The notes beneath the pieces are model-generated. The model searched no databases. It saw only the letters and a program-made list of their open reading frames with translations, and was not told the origin of the DNA. Source: a virus (lineage: Duplodnaviria; Caudoviricetes). Taken from it: a stretch of DNA of 38,241 nucleotides. Both the position numbers and the translations under genes were made by a program. Positions 15,473 to 26,411 of this stretch are shown in pieces. Each line of letters begins with the position of its first letter. Positions within the stretch are counted from its first letter, which is position 1. The stretch covers positions 1 to 38,241 of IMG/VR virus record IMGVR_UViG_3300014656_000066. One strand, given 5' to 3'.

Positions 15473-18400
15473 TGACTCAGCTCGAGATCCCGGCCCCCAA
15501 CCTCCTGGGGGGGGTGAGCCAGCAGGGCATCCGCCGGCTCCCCAACCAACTGGAGCAACAGGACAACGCCTGGAGCTCGCCGATCGACGGCCTGAGAAAG
15601 CGCCACCCCACCGACCACGTAGCCAAGCTGATCTCCGCGCCGAGCCCGCGCCAGGCGAGAGTCCATACCATCGTGCGGGGCGCCGAGGAATACGTGGTCG
15701 TCCTGCTGATGGGGCAAATCAAAGCCTTCTATCCGAGCGGCACGGAGATCCCCATCTACGGCCCGGCGGGGGCGGCGAATTTCATCTACGTGGACATGCG
15801 GACGGCGAACCTGCTGACCGGAAACGAGAGTTTCTCCACGGGCTGGTCGCTGGTTGATGCCGCGATGACCGTCACCTCCACGACCAGGCGAGGGCCCCTG
15901 GACTTCGGGGCCGGCAAGCAACTCGGCAACGAGTGGGAAAACATCGGTGACGAGGGAATCTATCGGCAGAACGTCTCGGGCGGATCCTCTGACCTTCGCA
16001 AGCACTTCTCGGTTTTCGTCCATGCGGTGAACGACGACGAGGACACCGCCGTCCGGCTTCAGATGCACGAGGGCGCCCCGGCGAGCGCCTCGGTGGGCGG
16101 GTGTACCTTCACCTACGACGCGGCCACCCAGGCGTGGTCCGCCGGCGCTCCAGACCCGGACATGACCGCCCACGCGGAGCCGGCCCTCAATGGGTGGTAT
16201 CGGCTCAAGCTCACCTACGAGCCCGACGGAACCTCTCCGTCTCCACTCGACTACGTGGACGTCGTAGTCAAGGGGACCGGGATCCTCGGCCCCGACAAGC
16301 TGGTCCACGCCTTCGGCGCGCACCTGGTCGACTCCGACGACTGGCACGACCCGGAGACGGACTTTCCGCCCTACACGTTCGGGACCGCCGACGACCTGCG
16401 GGCAACGAGCGTGCAAGACTACACGTTCGTCGTGGACAGAAAGGTCGCCGTCCTCCGCCGCTCCGACCTGTCTTCGGCGCAGCCCGGCGGAAAAGATCAA
16501 GCCTTCGTGTGGGTTCGCCAGGCCAGCTACGCGCAGGACTACACGGTTAGCGTGCAGGTAGAGGCTAATCCCACGCGCACGGTAACCGTTACCACCCTGG
16601 CGGGCGCCGGCGGAGGCGGCGGAACGGGAACCATCCAGATCACCACCCAAGCAATCGCTACGGCGCTGGCCGATAACACCACCGGCCTGGGCCAGTACGC
16701 CGAGCTCGACATTTCCCACGCCGGCAGCGTCATCCGCATTCGCCCCACCACCGGAGGAGATGAGATCACCAAGCTGCACGTCTCCGGAGCGGACGGCGGG
16801 GACTACATGGTTGCCATCGACGGAGAAGTAGCCCACTTCTCCGACCTGCCGCTCGAGTTCGTGGACGGAATGCGGATCAAGGTGGCCGGCGACCCCGGGG
16901 GAGGAGAAGATGACTACTGGGTCGAGTTCAACGAGGATCGAGGGTCGGTCGGGGAGTTTGCCACCGGCAAGTGGCACGAGACCATGGCGCCCGTGACCAG
17001 GCTCGGGGTCACCGCCAGCACGATGCCCCACCAGCTCATCCGCAAGTACGACGATGGGGCCGGAACCGTCACGGGGACCCCGAACATGCTCTATTTCGAG
17101 TGGGGGCCGGCGACCTGGACCGATCGCGAAGTTGGCGACAACAACTCGAACCCCTGGCCCTCGTTCTGCTCTGCGGCCAACCCGGCCGAAGCGAGCAACT
17201 ACATCACCGACGTTTTCTTCCATCGTGGCCGGCTGGGGTTCCTCAGCGGAATGAACGCCATCTTCTCGGCGACGGATGATCTGTTCAATTTCTGGCGTAG
17301 CACCGTGCGGGCCCTGCTCGATAGCGACCGCATCGACGTGGCGGCGGCGCACCGCTCGGTATCCCAGCTTCACGCGGCCATCCCGATTGACCAGCGGCTC
17401 CTGCTGTTCAGTCGCAATACCGTGTTCGCCCTGGCTGGGTCGCCCATCCTCACCGCCCAGACGGCGGAGGCCCCCCCCGTCTTGGAGGAGCAAAGCTCTC
17501 CCGAGGCCCTGCCGGTTGCCGTGGGATCCTCGGTGCTGTTCGCCGCGCGAAAGGGCGACTGGTCGATCCTGCACGAGGCGTTTCCGCTCACCGAGCGCAC
17601 GTCGTTCCGCTCCCAGGATCTCACGGCCCCGTGCCCCCGGTACATCCCGGGGACAATCCTCGACCTCGCAGCCACGAATCTCGAGGGCGAGATGGTGGTG
17701 GCGATCCGCGCCGACGGAGACCCCTCGGTCCTCTACATTTTCAAAGCCTTCACCGACGGAGGGCAGCGCGTGCAGTCGGCGCTCTGGCGGTATCCGATGG
17801 GCGCGGGGGCGCGCGTGATCGGAATGGGCTGGATCGACGACCGGCTGTTCCTGGCCATCGAGCGAGGAGACGCCCTCTACCTGGAGTCGATGCGCGTGGG
17901 CTCCGGCCTGGTCGACGCGGACAGCGAGCTCCAGGTCTGCCTAGATCGCCGGGTCACCGACGAGGACACCTCGCCCACCTACGTCGCGGCCACGGGGACC
18001 ACCAACTACTCGATGCCCTACGACGTGACCAGCGCGGCGGCCGTGCGGGTGGTCACGCGGGCCACCGACGCCGCAGAGGGAGGCATCGACCTCCAGATAG
18101 CGGAGGTGGTCACCACGCCGGGGTCGAACGTGGTCAAGGTCCACGGAGACCACGCCGACGAGCCAGTCTGGATCGGAGAAGCGTACTCCATGGTCGTGAA
18201 CCCCGGCCGTCCGGTGGTGCGCTCCCAGAGCGTCACGGGCGGCCTGGTGCCCAACCTGGCCGGCGGAGAGCTGCTCACCGGTGGGGCGATCTGGCTCTCG
18301 GGGCCGATCCACCTGGACCTGGTGGTCGCCCGCGAACACGGCCTCGACAACATCGACAGGTTTCGGGGCCCCCACCTGGGCAGCGGGCCCACCATCGGCG

Positions 18401-18558
18401 CCGTGCAGGCATGGTCGCGCCGCCACGAGTTCTCGGTGCTCGCCCAGCCTGATGAGGTCACGGTCACGCTGGAATCCGACTCGCACCTTTCGACGAAAGT
18501 GGAGGCCCTGGAATGGTACATGGGAAAGCAGGGGCGAGCGCGACGGCTACCCGGCTGA
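15472..18558 (+). CDS. Tail tubular protein B (nozzle), T7 gp12-like, with inserted CBM-like domain
   Basis: PNLLGGVSQQ, GLRKR.P, DYTFVVDR, TMPHQLIR, ITDVFFHRGRLGFLSG, FNFWR, QSALW. Start at the TGATG overlap, 15472. Confidence 0.95.
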   Translation: MTQLEIPAPNLLGGVSQQGIRRLPNQLEQQDNAWSSPIDGLRKRHPTDHVAKLISAPSPRQARVHTIVRGAEEYVVVLLMGQIKAFYPSGTEIPIYGPAGAANFIYVDMRTANLLTGNESFSTGWSLVDAAMTVTSTTRRGPLDFGAGKQLGNEWENIGDEGIYRQNVSGGSSDLRKHFSVFVHAVNDDEDTAVRLQMHEGAPASASVGGCTFTYDAATQAWSAGAPDPDMTAHAEPALNGWYRLKLTYEPDGTSPSPLDYVDVVVKGTGILGPDKLVHAFGAHLVDSDDWHDPETDFPPYTFGTADDLRATSVQDYTFVVDRKVAVLRRSDLSSAQPGGKDQAFVWVRQASYAQDYTVSVQVEANPTRTVTVTTLAGAGGGGGTGTIQITTQAIATALADNTTGLGQYAELDISHAGSVIRIRPTTGGDEITKLHVSGADGGDYMVAIDGEVAHFSDLPLEFVDGMRIKVAGDPGGGEDDYWVEFNEDRGSVGEFATGKWHETMAPVTRLGVTASTMPHQLIRKYDDGAGTVTGTPNMLYFEWGPATWTDREVGDNNSNPWPSFCSAANPAEASNYITDVFFHRGRLGFLSGMNAIFSATDDLFNFWRSTVRALLDSDRIDVAAAHRSVSQLHAAIPIDQRLLLFSRNTVFALAGSPILTAQTAEAPPVLEEQSSPEALPVAVGSSVLFAARKGDWSILHEAFPLTERTSFRSQDLTAPCPRYIPGTILDLAATNLEGEMVVAIRADGDPSVLYIFKAFTDGGQRVQSALWRYPMGAGARVIGMGWIDDRLFLAIERGDALYLESMRVGSGLVDADSELQVCLDRRVTDEDTSPTYVAATGTTNYSMPYDVTSAAAVRVVTRATDAAEGGIDLQIAEVVTTPGSNVVKVHGDHADEPVWIGEAYSMVVNPGRPVVRSQSVTGGLVPNLAGGELLTGGAIWLSGPIHLDLVVAREHGLDNIDRFRGPHLGSGPTIGAVQAWSRRHEFSVLAQPDEVTVTLESDSHLSTKVEALEWYMGKQGRARRLPG

Positions 18559-19046
18559 GGCTGAGCGTTCGGGCTGCTCGTCCTGGGGACGGAATCGCCC
18601 TCGCGCCGCTCCTGCGCTCTGCGGACACCCGGGAAATCCAGGCCGGCACGGGTTGCTGTGAGTTCGCGGAGATGCTGGAGGGGTCGATCAAAACCGGAGA
18701 AGAGACGCTCCTGCTCCACGCCGGGAAAGAGCCGGTTGCCCTGTTCGGGCGCTCGGAAACCCGCCACTACCCCGCGCGCGCGTGCGCGAGGATCTGGATG
18801 GTTGGATCGAACGAGATTGCCAGGCGTCCCCGCGAGATACTCGTGCTGGCACGTCGCGAGATTCCAAAGCTCGTCGGAGAGGCCGTGGGTTGGAATTACG
18901 TGGACTCACGCAACGAAGTGCATCTACGGTTCTTGCGACACCTCGGCGCGCGGCTCTACGATCGCGAGGCCACAACCCTGTTCGACCCACAAGTGATGTT
19001 CATCCCCTTCGAGATCGAGGGCTCCGCGTGTGTAACCCGGCACTGA
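18513..19046 (+). CDS. T7 gp13-like internal virion protein A (GNAT-like)
   Basis: LRSADTREI, ALFG, IWMVGS, WNYVDSRNEVHLRFLRHLGA; syntenic. Confidence 0.85.
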   Translation: MVHGKAGASATATRLRLSVRAARPGDGIALAPLLRSADTREIQAGTGCCEFAEMLEGSIKTGEETLLLHAGKEPVALFGRSETRHYPARACARIWMVGSNEIARRPREILVLARREIPKLVGEAVGWNYVDSRNEVHLRFLRHLGARLYDREATTLFDPQVMFIPFEIEGSACVTRH

Positions 19047-19552
19047 TCGCGATGGCCATAGGCGCCGGCCAAGGACTTGCCTCCTACGGGGGCAAGCGCC
19101 AGGCGTGGCAGTGGCAGCGCCGTTGGTATCAGGAGACCGTGGCGCGTTCGGAGGAGTCTGCCGAGCTGCAACTCGACGCGGTGCGCGAGCGCCAGCACGA
19201 GGAGCAGCGGTCGACGGCCCAGGAGGTCGAGGCGGTCTTGGTCGAGGCCATGAGGCGCAAGGGAACCCTGTCGGTGTCCGCCGCCGAGGCCGGCGTTGCC
19301 GGCGGCCTGGTGGAAGACCTCGACCGGGACTTCACCGGGGCCGCGCTGAACAACACTTTCGGCCTGGAGATCAACCTGGCCGCGATCAACCGGCAGATGA
19401 ACCAGCTGGCCAAGGGGATCCGCGTGCGCCAGGCCCAGGATCTCGCGCGGGCGTCCGCCGACCTGGAGCCCAAGCCCAGCATCTACGGAGAGTTCTGGAC
19501 CGGGGTGCTGGGGTCTGGAGCGGGCTCGTCGGCGGGCTCGAGCGGCCGATGA
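19028..19552 (+). CDS. Internal virion protein B, T7 gp14-like
   Basis: GTG start giving MCNPALIAMAIGAG; AAEAGVAG motif; syntenic. Confidence 0.8.
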   Translation: MCNPALIAMAIGAGQGLASYGGKRQAWQWQRRWYQETVARSEESAELQLDAVRERQHEEQRSTAQEVEAVLVEAMRRKGTLSVSAAEAGVAGGLVEDLDRDFTGAALNNTFGLEINLAAINRQMNQLAKGIRVRQAQDLARASADLEPKPSIYGEFWTGVLGSGAGSSAGSSGR

Positions 19553-19560
19553 GGTAGACC

Positions 19561-22293
19561 ATGGCTCGCCAACCAGTGAACGAAATCCCGCGCTTTCCCC
19601 GGCTGGTGCCGGCGGCAAGCCCCACGCCCGGCGCTGCCCCGCCGATCGCGCCGAACGTGCGGCTGGGCGCCTACATGGGGGCGGCCCGGCTGATCGGCGC
19701 GGCCGGAAAGGCCCTGCGCGAATACCAGGACCGGCGCGCGACCGAGGAGGAGGACGCCACCCGGGCGGAGCTCGAAGCCAACCCCGAGCTCATCAACGAG
19801 CTTCTGGAGGCCGCCCCCGACGACCCCGAGGCCCAGCAACGGATCGTGAACCAGGCCGTGGCCTCCGGCCTGCTCCGACACTCCGACAGCCCCTACTTCC
19901 AGGACCACCTGCTGGAGGCGAAGGCGCGCGGCGCCGCGAACAAGGCACTCCTGGACGCCCGTTCGAGACTCACCGCCGGCGAGCACCTGCCGCGCGAGGA
20001 CGAGAACGGCGTCGAGCAGCCGGGGCTCTCGGCGGACGAGATCCTCGACCAGGAGCTCGCCAAGTACCGAAAGGACCCCACCCTGACCTCCAGGCTCGGC
20101 GCCGCCTCGTTCCAGCGGATCCTGAGCGCCGGCCGGCCAGTCCTTCAGGAACAGGCCCGCTCGTCCCTCGACGCGCGGAACGTGGAGAATCTAGTCCAGA
20201 CCGTGGGCGACGAGCTCTCGACGCTGGTGCGCAGTACGCAGTTTGCGCAGGACCAGGAGGTGGAGGCCCTGGCCGCCAAGGTCGAGGAGCGGGCGAACAG
20301 CCTGCGCGAGGCGGGAATCTCGAACTTTCGGGAGGTGGCTGCCGGCGCGATCCTGCGCGGCGTGACCCTACTCGCCGACCGCGATCCAGACCGCGCGCTC
20401 CTGCACCTGAACACGGTTGTCGGAGACCTTCGGGTCGGCGGGCAATCGCTCGAAGACAACCCCCGAACGGCCTCGATGCTGGCCACGGCGCGAGAGCGGG
20501 TTCGCAAGGCGGCCGAAGAGGACAAGCGCCTCGGGGAGTTCGACCGGGCCCGCGCCGAGCGCGAGCAATTGCGCTCCACCGAGAGCGAGGTGGCCCGGTA
20601 CGTCCGGGAGCTGAAGGCAACCGACCTGTCGGGAACCGAGATCCGCCGCAAGGCCCGCTCTCACCTGGAGGTCTGGGTCACTGGCAAGCTCGGGGATCCC
20701 GAGTTCGCGGAGAACTCCGAGATCCTCCGGCGCGAGGGCCTGAAGCTGGTGGACGCGATCATGTCCGAGGACTCCTCGGACCCCCAGCTCGTCGACGAGA
20801 TTACCGGGGAGATTTCCCTGGCGACCAGCGCCGACGACCTGGCCCAGATCGAGGGTGCCGTCCGCGCCCAGGCGGGGCTCGACCTGTTCGGCCGGGACCT
20901 GGAGGGGCTCATGGACCGGGTGGCCCGCAAGCGCACCGCGATGCTCACCGGCTACGCTTCCGATCCTACCTACTCCCGGGGCTACAGCGAGCTGCGCGAG
21001 GTCGGGCCGCCAAGCGGCCTTCCCGAGGAGATCGAGGTGGGGCTGGGTCGGCAGATGACCCAGATCGACCGGGACTGGGCGGACGAGGTGGCCGCGCTGG
21101 TCGGCGCTTCGGCGAGCGGCCAGGTCAACCCCTCCGAGCTCTCGGCAATCACCCGCAAGTACCAGGACCAGAAGATCGAGATTCGCGACCGAGCGCAGCT
21201 CGAGCTGGCCAAGACGCTCGACAGGGTGGAGGAGGCGGTCAACGGCAACGCGAGCGCCGCCGAGATTCGCGCTCGCTTCGGCGGCAAGGTCTCGCGAGCG
21301 GTGCTCCAGGACAAGGCCGCCGAGGCGCAGAGCCGGCGGGTCTATCTCTCCAACCTGGCCCACGATCCGGTGGTACGCGCCGAGCTCGTTGGCCTCTTGG
21401 GGTTGGCCGCCGACACGGTGGACCCCGACGGGTTCGATCCCTTCGAGCAGGCCCGGGTGCAGGGGGCCCTCCAGGCCGAGTTCGAGAACCTGCTTCGCGA
21501 AGAGGTGACGGTTCCTGGCACCGACATCGTAGAGGGCCGGCCCGTAGCCCAGGCCCTCGCCCGCCGGTTCGTTCGCGAGCACTCCGATGTCTTCCGCAAG
21601 CAGCAGGCAGAGACGGACCAGGCCACGGTCGTCACAGGAGAAGCCGTGGGACGGGGCCTCGCCTTCTACGTCGACGAGAGGCTGGAGGGAGAGGAGCGCG
21701 TCCGGGCGTCTCTTCGCGCCCCGCGCCTCATGCAGGACGCAGACAGGGCCGCCGCGCTGGTCGGCGGGGGCGACCCCATCACGGCGGCGAACCACCCATT
21801 CCTCGCCGAGCTGGCCGAGGCCGCTAGCCCGGAGGCCGCACCGTCCATCTCCAGCAGCCAGGAGGATCTGTACGCGAGCGGCTTCTCTCGTCGCGGCCCC
21901 CGAAGCTCCGTCGAGTACGTCACCGGCTCCTGGATGGCCCAGCAAGCCAAGGCGGGCGGGAAAGAGCTTGGGGGGCTCTACGTTGCCGGCATGAGTCCGG
22001 TGGGGATTCCCTTCGACGTAGTGGCGGCCGGCAAGGCAGAGGTGGACCTCACCGAGTTCGGGCTCGACAAGCGCACGATCAAGGTGCCGGTGGACAAGAT
22101 TCCGCCGTTCTCCACTCCGCTGTTCATGTCGGTCAAGGAGTTCGAGAAGGCGTGGACGGGCCGTAAGGACGAGCTCGACAAGCTGCTGCGCTCCTGGGGA
22201 ATCACCAAGCCCGAGGTTCAGCAGGTGTGGAGGGATACCCAGATAAAGCTCATCGAGCGCCTGGAAAGGGCGATGTTGCGCAACGGGAAGTAA
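19561..22293 (+). CDS. Internal virion protein C, gp15-like
   Basis: Large helical protein at the gp15 position; assignment is positional. Confidence 0.7.
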   Translation: MARQPVNEIPRFPRLVPAASPTPGAAPPIAPNVRLGAYMGAARLIGAAGKALREYQDRRATEEEDATRAELEANPELINELLEAAPDDPEAQQRIVNQAVASGLLRHSDSPYFQDHLLEAKARGAANKALLDARSRLTAGEHLPREDENGVEQPGLSADEILDQELAKYRKDPTLTSRLGAASFQRILSAGRPVLQEQARSSLDARNVENLVQTVGDELSTLVRSTQFAQDQEVEALAAKVEERANSLREAGISNFREVAAGAILRGVTLLADRDPDRALLHLNTVVGDLRVGGQSLEDNPRTASMLATARERVRKAAEEDKRLGEFDRARAEREQLRSTESEVARYVRELKATDLSGTEIRRKARSHLEVWVTGKLGDPEFAENSEILRREGLKLVDAIMSEDSSDPQLVDEITGEISLATSADDLAQIEGAVRAQAGLDLFGRDLEGLMDRVARKRTAMLTGYASDPTYSRGYSELREVGPPSGLPEEIEVGLGRQMTQIDRDWADEVAALVGASASGQVNPSELSAITRKYQDQKIEIRDRAQLELAKTLDRVEEAVNGNASAAEIRARFGGKVSRAVLQDKAAEAQSRRVYLSNLAHDPVVRAELVGLLGLAADTVDPDGFDPFEQARVQGALQAEFENLLREEVTVPGTDIVEGRPVAQALARRFVREHSDVFRKQQAETDQATVVTGEAVGRGLAFYVDERLEGEERVRASLRAPRLMQDADRAAALVGGGDPITAANHPFLAELAEAASPEAAPSISSSQEDLYASGFSRRGPRSSVEYVTGSWMAQQAKAGGKELGGLYVAGMSPVGIPFDVVAAGKAEVDLTEFGLDKRTIKVPVDKIPPFSTPLFMSVKEFEKAWTGRKDELDKLLRSWGITKPEVQQVWRDTQIKLIERLERAMLRNGK

Positions 22294-22296
22294 GCT

Positions 22297-25200
22297 ATGC
22301 CGGACTTCGGATTTCGTGAGGTACTGAACCCCCAGGTGAGCGGGCGTCTCTTCGCGCGGGGCGCCGCTCGAGCGAACGCAACTCGGGGGCTGGGCTTCGG
22401 GGAGTCGGTGCTCGATGTCGGCCTGGCACCCCTGCGCGGCGTCGAGGGCGCGGCCCAGGATGTCTACGGGCTGTTCGACACGCTCACCGGGGACATGCTG
22501 CCCGACTGGGACGAACGGCTCCTCGGGGAATCCCGCACCTTCGCCGGCGGCCTGGTCGAGGGGGTGGCAAACTTCGCGGCCGGCTTCGTCCCCGTTGCCG
22601 GATGGCTGGGCAAGGCCGGCAAGTTCGGGAAGGTTCTCAACGTGACCAGGGCCGCCCAGGTGGCAGCGAAAGAGGCGGGGCTTCTGGGCAAGGCGCGGAT
22701 GATCGCCGCGGGGCGGGGCGCCCTCGCCGGCGCGGTGGCCGACTTCACGGTGTTCGACGGCAACGAGGCGCGGCTCTCCAACCTCGTCCAGGAGTTTCCC
22801 CACCTTCAGAACCCGGTGAGCGAGTACCTGGCCGCCAGCGACGATGACCCCGAGGCGTTCGGCCGGCTCAAGAGTGTTCTGGAGGGTGCGCTGCTCGGCG
22901 GCTTCGTCGAGACCTTTGCCATGGGTCTGCGGGCCCTCAAGGCCCAGCGAGAGGCGGCCCGCAAGGGGCTCTCGGCCAAGGCCACCGCCAGGTTCATCCG
23001 GGAGAAGGTGCCGCCGGAGGAGATCCAGCGCAGCCTGTTCGAGCGGCCGGAGCCCAAGCCCGCGCCGGGCGAGCCGCCGGCGCCGAAGGAGGCGCCCGTA
23101 CCGGAGGAGCCGAAGCGGATCCTCGAAGACCTGGTGGTCGACGAGGAGCTCGTGGGCCGGATCGACGAGGCGATGCGCCAGAGCGAGGAGCTGGGGCTAA
23201 ACCCCCGGCTGAACCCCCGCCAGCTCTCGACCGCCGATCGGCTGGAACAGCAGCTCGCCCCCAACGACCTGAACCTCGGGCGGTTCTCGGGACCCACCGG
23301 GCCCCTACGATTCGGCCGCGCCCTGGAGCACCTGGTCCGCTCCTACGGGGCCCGCGAGCTTGCCGAGTTGAATCCCAAGGGCCTGGACGAACTGGCGGCA
23401 AGGAGTGAGGGGGCTCTCCTTGACCTCGTTCACGCCCACGACAGCAAGGAGGCCATGGTCGCCTCGGTGCGCCGTGACCTGGACACCCTAGCCGAGGTGA
23501 ACACCCGCCAACAGGCGTGGGTGCTGGCCCTGCGGCTGGCCCAGGATCAGGGATACAAGCTCACCCGCGCGGCCCTGGAGGCGCCGGCGGGCACCGAGGC
23601 CGTTCGGATGGCCCGGGCCTTCGAGTCGATTCAGTTCTTCGCCGACATTCAGGCCGCCGTGATGGGCTTCCAAGCCGAGGCCGGTCGGGGCCTGCGGGCC
23701 TGGGGACTGAAGGTGACCTCGATGGCCTCCGAGTTGCCCAAGGACAATCCGATCTTCCGGAGCGCGATCGACGAGGAGGCCGAGGGCCTTCTCAGTTCGC
23801 TCGGTGGCCCCAAGCGGGCGCGCAAGGCGCTGGAGAAGATCCTGGTGGTGATGGAGGAGCATGGCGCCGAGGGGCTGGGCAAGCTCACTCGCACCACCGG
23901 CGGGCAGTTCTGGAACCTGGCGAACACGGCCTGGCTGAACATGATCCTCAGCGGCCCGCGAACGCTCTCTATCGGACTCCTGGGCCCGATCACTGTCTCG
24001 CTGATGCGCCCCCTGGAGCGGATCATGGGCGGCGCGCTGATGCGCGACTCCAACGCGATCCGCAGCGCCGTCCGTCTGGTGGTCGGCTCGGTGATCGGCA
24101 CGAAGGACGCCCTGGCTGCCTCGAAGAAGTCCCTGGCCCTGCGCCGCAACCTCGTGCTGCCCGAACACACCATCGTTGACCTGCCGCGCCAGGGCCGCGA
24201 GCTCGAGGCGCGGGCCATGCTCAAGGCCGAGATGGAGGGCACGCGCACCCCCAGCGTGTTCCACCCCGAGGTGCTGGGCGTCGACCCCGAGAGCTTCGGG
24301 GGCAAGCTCCTCAAGGTCATCGACTATCTACTGCCCCTGCCGAGCGCCGTGCTCGGAGCCTCGGATGAGCTGGTGAAGGGGGTGGGCTTCCGGGGCGCCG
24401 CCTACGACGAGCTGTTCGAGGACGGCCTCCGGGCCAACCTATCGGGCGACGAGCTGGCGAACTTCGTCGAGTCGGGTATGGATCGGATCGTCCGCCAGGA
24501 CCAGGCTTACAACGTCGGCCAGGTCTATCGGGATGCCGCCCAGCAGGCGGACGGCCTCGGCTACACGGGCAAGAAGCGCCGCGAGTTTGTCAACGACTAC
24601 GTGGTTCAGAACTACGACGAGCGCCTGGGGGAAATCAGCCAGAAGGGCGCGAAATACGCGAACACGCTTACCGGCACGGCGAAGCTGGAGAAGGGCACGC
24701 TGTCGAAGTCGATCCAGGATGTGGTGGTCCAGCACCCCTGGCTTCGCCTGGCCGCTGTCCCGTTCATCAGAACGCCGGCGAACCTCTTGGCCTATGCCGC
24801 GCGGCGCGCGGACCCCTTCGGCCCCGCGCGGTTCGTGGTGGGCAAGGTGTTCCCGGCTACGCTGCCGGCCATCGAGAACACCAAGAACGCTTTTCTCCGG
24901 GACATGCTCTCGGGGGACCCCAAGCGCAAGGCGGACGCGGTTGGCCGGATCGCCCTGGGTTACTCGATGCTCGGTACGTTCTTCTACATGGCGTCCTCGA
25001 ACCGAGTCACGGGCAAGGGGCCCGACGACCCGCGCCGCGCCGCGGCGCTGCGCCAAGCCGGGTGGCTTCCCTACTCGATCCGCCTGGGCGACCGCTGGAT
25101 CAGCTACGAGCGCCTGGACCCCTACGCCTCGATTATCGGTGCCGCCGCCGACCTGTACGAATACGCGCAGTGGTCGGACGCTGGCGACCAGGACATGGTG

Positions 25201-26043
25201 GAGACCGCGCTGGCCTCCACGGTGACCGCGCTGGCGAACCAACTCACCCAGAAGTCCTACCTGACCGGCCTGCGGAACGTGATCGGCGTGCTGTTCCAGC
25301 CCGAACGCCGCGCCGAGCTCTACTTCGAGCAGTTCGCCGGCAACGCCCTGGCCCCCTCCCTGTTCGCCTCGGGCGTCGAGATGGCGGGCGACCAGCACAT
25401 GCGCGAGGTCCGGGGCCTGCTCGACGCCGCCCGCAACCGGATCCCCGGCATCTCGGGGACCCTGGAGCCCCGCCGGAACCTCTTGGGCGAGCCGATCGAG
25501 CGCACCCGCCGCCTGGGCGCCGACGAGCTCGGGGAGATTATGAACGTTTGGATGCCGGTCGCCTACTCGGAGGTCAGCGACGACCTGGTGGACCGCGAGC
25601 TCGCCGGCCTGCGCCACGGGTTCGGGGCGCCGGCCACCAGGCGCGGGGGTATCGACTTGCTCGAGCACCGCTCGGAGGCCGGTCAGACCGCGTTCGACCG
25701 CTGGCAGGAGCTCCACGGCAGCGCGACCGTGGGGGGCCGCACGCTCCGCCAGGCGCTCCGCCAACTCTTCCGCACCCCGCAGTACCGCCGGCTGCCGCTT
25801 CAGAGCACGCCCGATCTGGACAGCCCGAGGATTCCCTTGGTGGAAAACCTGATCCGCCGATACCGCGACCGCGCGTTCTCGCAGGTGCTCCGCGAGTACC
25901 CGGGGCTGCGCCGCGAGTACCAGCGCCTCGGGATCATCAAGCGCCGGCGCCGGACCACGACCCCCGGCCTCGCCGGGGCCGGCGCTGGCCGCATCCCCGC
26001 CCTCGTCACCCCGCAAGCCCTTCAGAACCAGGAGCCACGATGA
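22297..26043 (+). CDS. Internal virion protein D, gp16-like
   Basis: NMILSGPRT, VPFIRTPANLL, AGWLPYSI, ISYERLDP, KSYLTGL patterns typical of podovirus core proteins; syntenic. Confidence 0.8.
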   Translation: MPDFGFREVLNPQVSGRLFARGAARANATRGLGFGESVLDVGLAPLRGVEGAAQDVYGLFDTLTGDMLPDWDERLLGESRTFAGGLVEGVANFAAGFVPVAGWLGKAGKFGKVLNVTRAAQVAAKEAGLLGKARMIAAGRGALAGAVADFTVFDGNEARLSNLVQEFPHLQNPVSEYLAASDDDPEAFGRLKSVLEGALLGGFVETFAMGLRALKAQREAARKGLSAKATARFIREKVPPEEIQRSLFERPEPKPAPGEPPAPKEAPVPEEPKRILEDLVVDEELVGRIDEAMRQSEELGLNPRLNPRQLSTADRLEQQLAPNDLNLGRFSGPTGPLRFGRALEHLVRSYGARELAELNPKGLDELAARSEGALLDLVHAHDSKEAMVASVRRDLDTLAEVNTRQQAWVLALRLAQDQGYKLTRAALEAPAGTEAVRMARAFESIQFFADIQAAVMGFQAEAGRGLRAWGLKVTSMASELPKDNPIFRSAIDEEAEGLLSSLGGPKRARKALEKILVVMEEHGAEGLGKLTRTTGGQFWNLANTAWLNMILSGPRTLSIGLLGPITVSLMRPLERIMGGALMRDSNAIRSAVRLVVGSVIGTKDALAASKKSLALRRNLVLPEHTIVDLPRQGRELEARAMLKAEMEGTRTPSVFHPEVLGVDPESFGGKLLKVIDYLLPLPSAVLGASDELVKGVGFRGAAYDELFEDGLRANLSGDELANFVESGMDRIVRQDQAYNVGQVYRDAAQQADGLGYTGKKRREFVNDYVVQNYDERLGEISQKGAKYANTLTGTAKLEKGTLSKSIQDVVVQHPWLRLAAVPFIRTPANLLAYAARRADPFGPARFVVGKVFPATLPAIENTKNAFLRDMLSGDPKRKADAVGRIALGYSMLGTFFYMASSNRVTGKGPDDPRRAAALRQAGWLPYSIRLGDRWISYERLDPYASIIGAAADLYEYAQWSDAGDQDMVETALASTVTALANQLTQKSYLTGLRNVIGVLFQPERRAELYFEQFAGNALAPSLFASGVEMAGDQHMREVRGLLDAARNRIPGISGTLEPRRNLLGEPIERTRRLGADELGEIMNVWMPVAYSEVSDDLVDRELAGLRHGFGAPATRRGGIDLLEHRSEAGQTAFDRWQELHGSATVGGRTLRQALRQLFRTPQYRRLPLQSTPDLDSPRIPLVENLIRRYRDRAFSQVLREYPGLRREYQRLGIIKRRRRTTTPGLAGAGAGRIPALVTPQALQNQEPR

Positions 26044-26411
26044 TTCCGCCTCGCCCCATCTACAAGATCGCCTCGGGCCAAGCCTGCACCGGCTGGCCCA
26101 TCAACCTGAACTTTCCCGAGCCCGTTCAAACCCGCACTCCGGGGACCTGTACGGTGTTCATGGCCTGTTCTGGAGACGTCACCAGCGGGCGAACCATCTC
26201 ATTCGAGATCCAGGCCAAGGTTGAAGGCGCCGACGATCGCTGGCACAACCTCGCCTCGGGGACGCAGACGAACTTCCAGGTGGCCAGCGGCACGGTGGCG
26301 GGAACCTCGACGCTGCGCCTGCCCGCCGCCGCGCTCCCCCACATGCGGGTCCGCCTGATTTCCCAGACCGGCATGGACGCGGACCTTCTCGATGTCTGGG
26401 TGGTCTACTGA
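26040..26411 (+). CDS. Hypothetical beta-rich protein, 123 aa (possible virion protein)
   Basis: ATGA overlap with the gp16-like gene, AGGAG SD; occupies the usual tail-fibre slot. Confidence 0.7.
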   Translation: MIPPRPIYKIASGQACTGWPINLNFPEPVQTRTPGTCTVFMACSGDVTSGRTISFEIQAKVEGADDRWHNLASGTQTNFQVASGTVAGTSTLRLPAAALPHMRVRLISQTGMDADLLDVWVVY

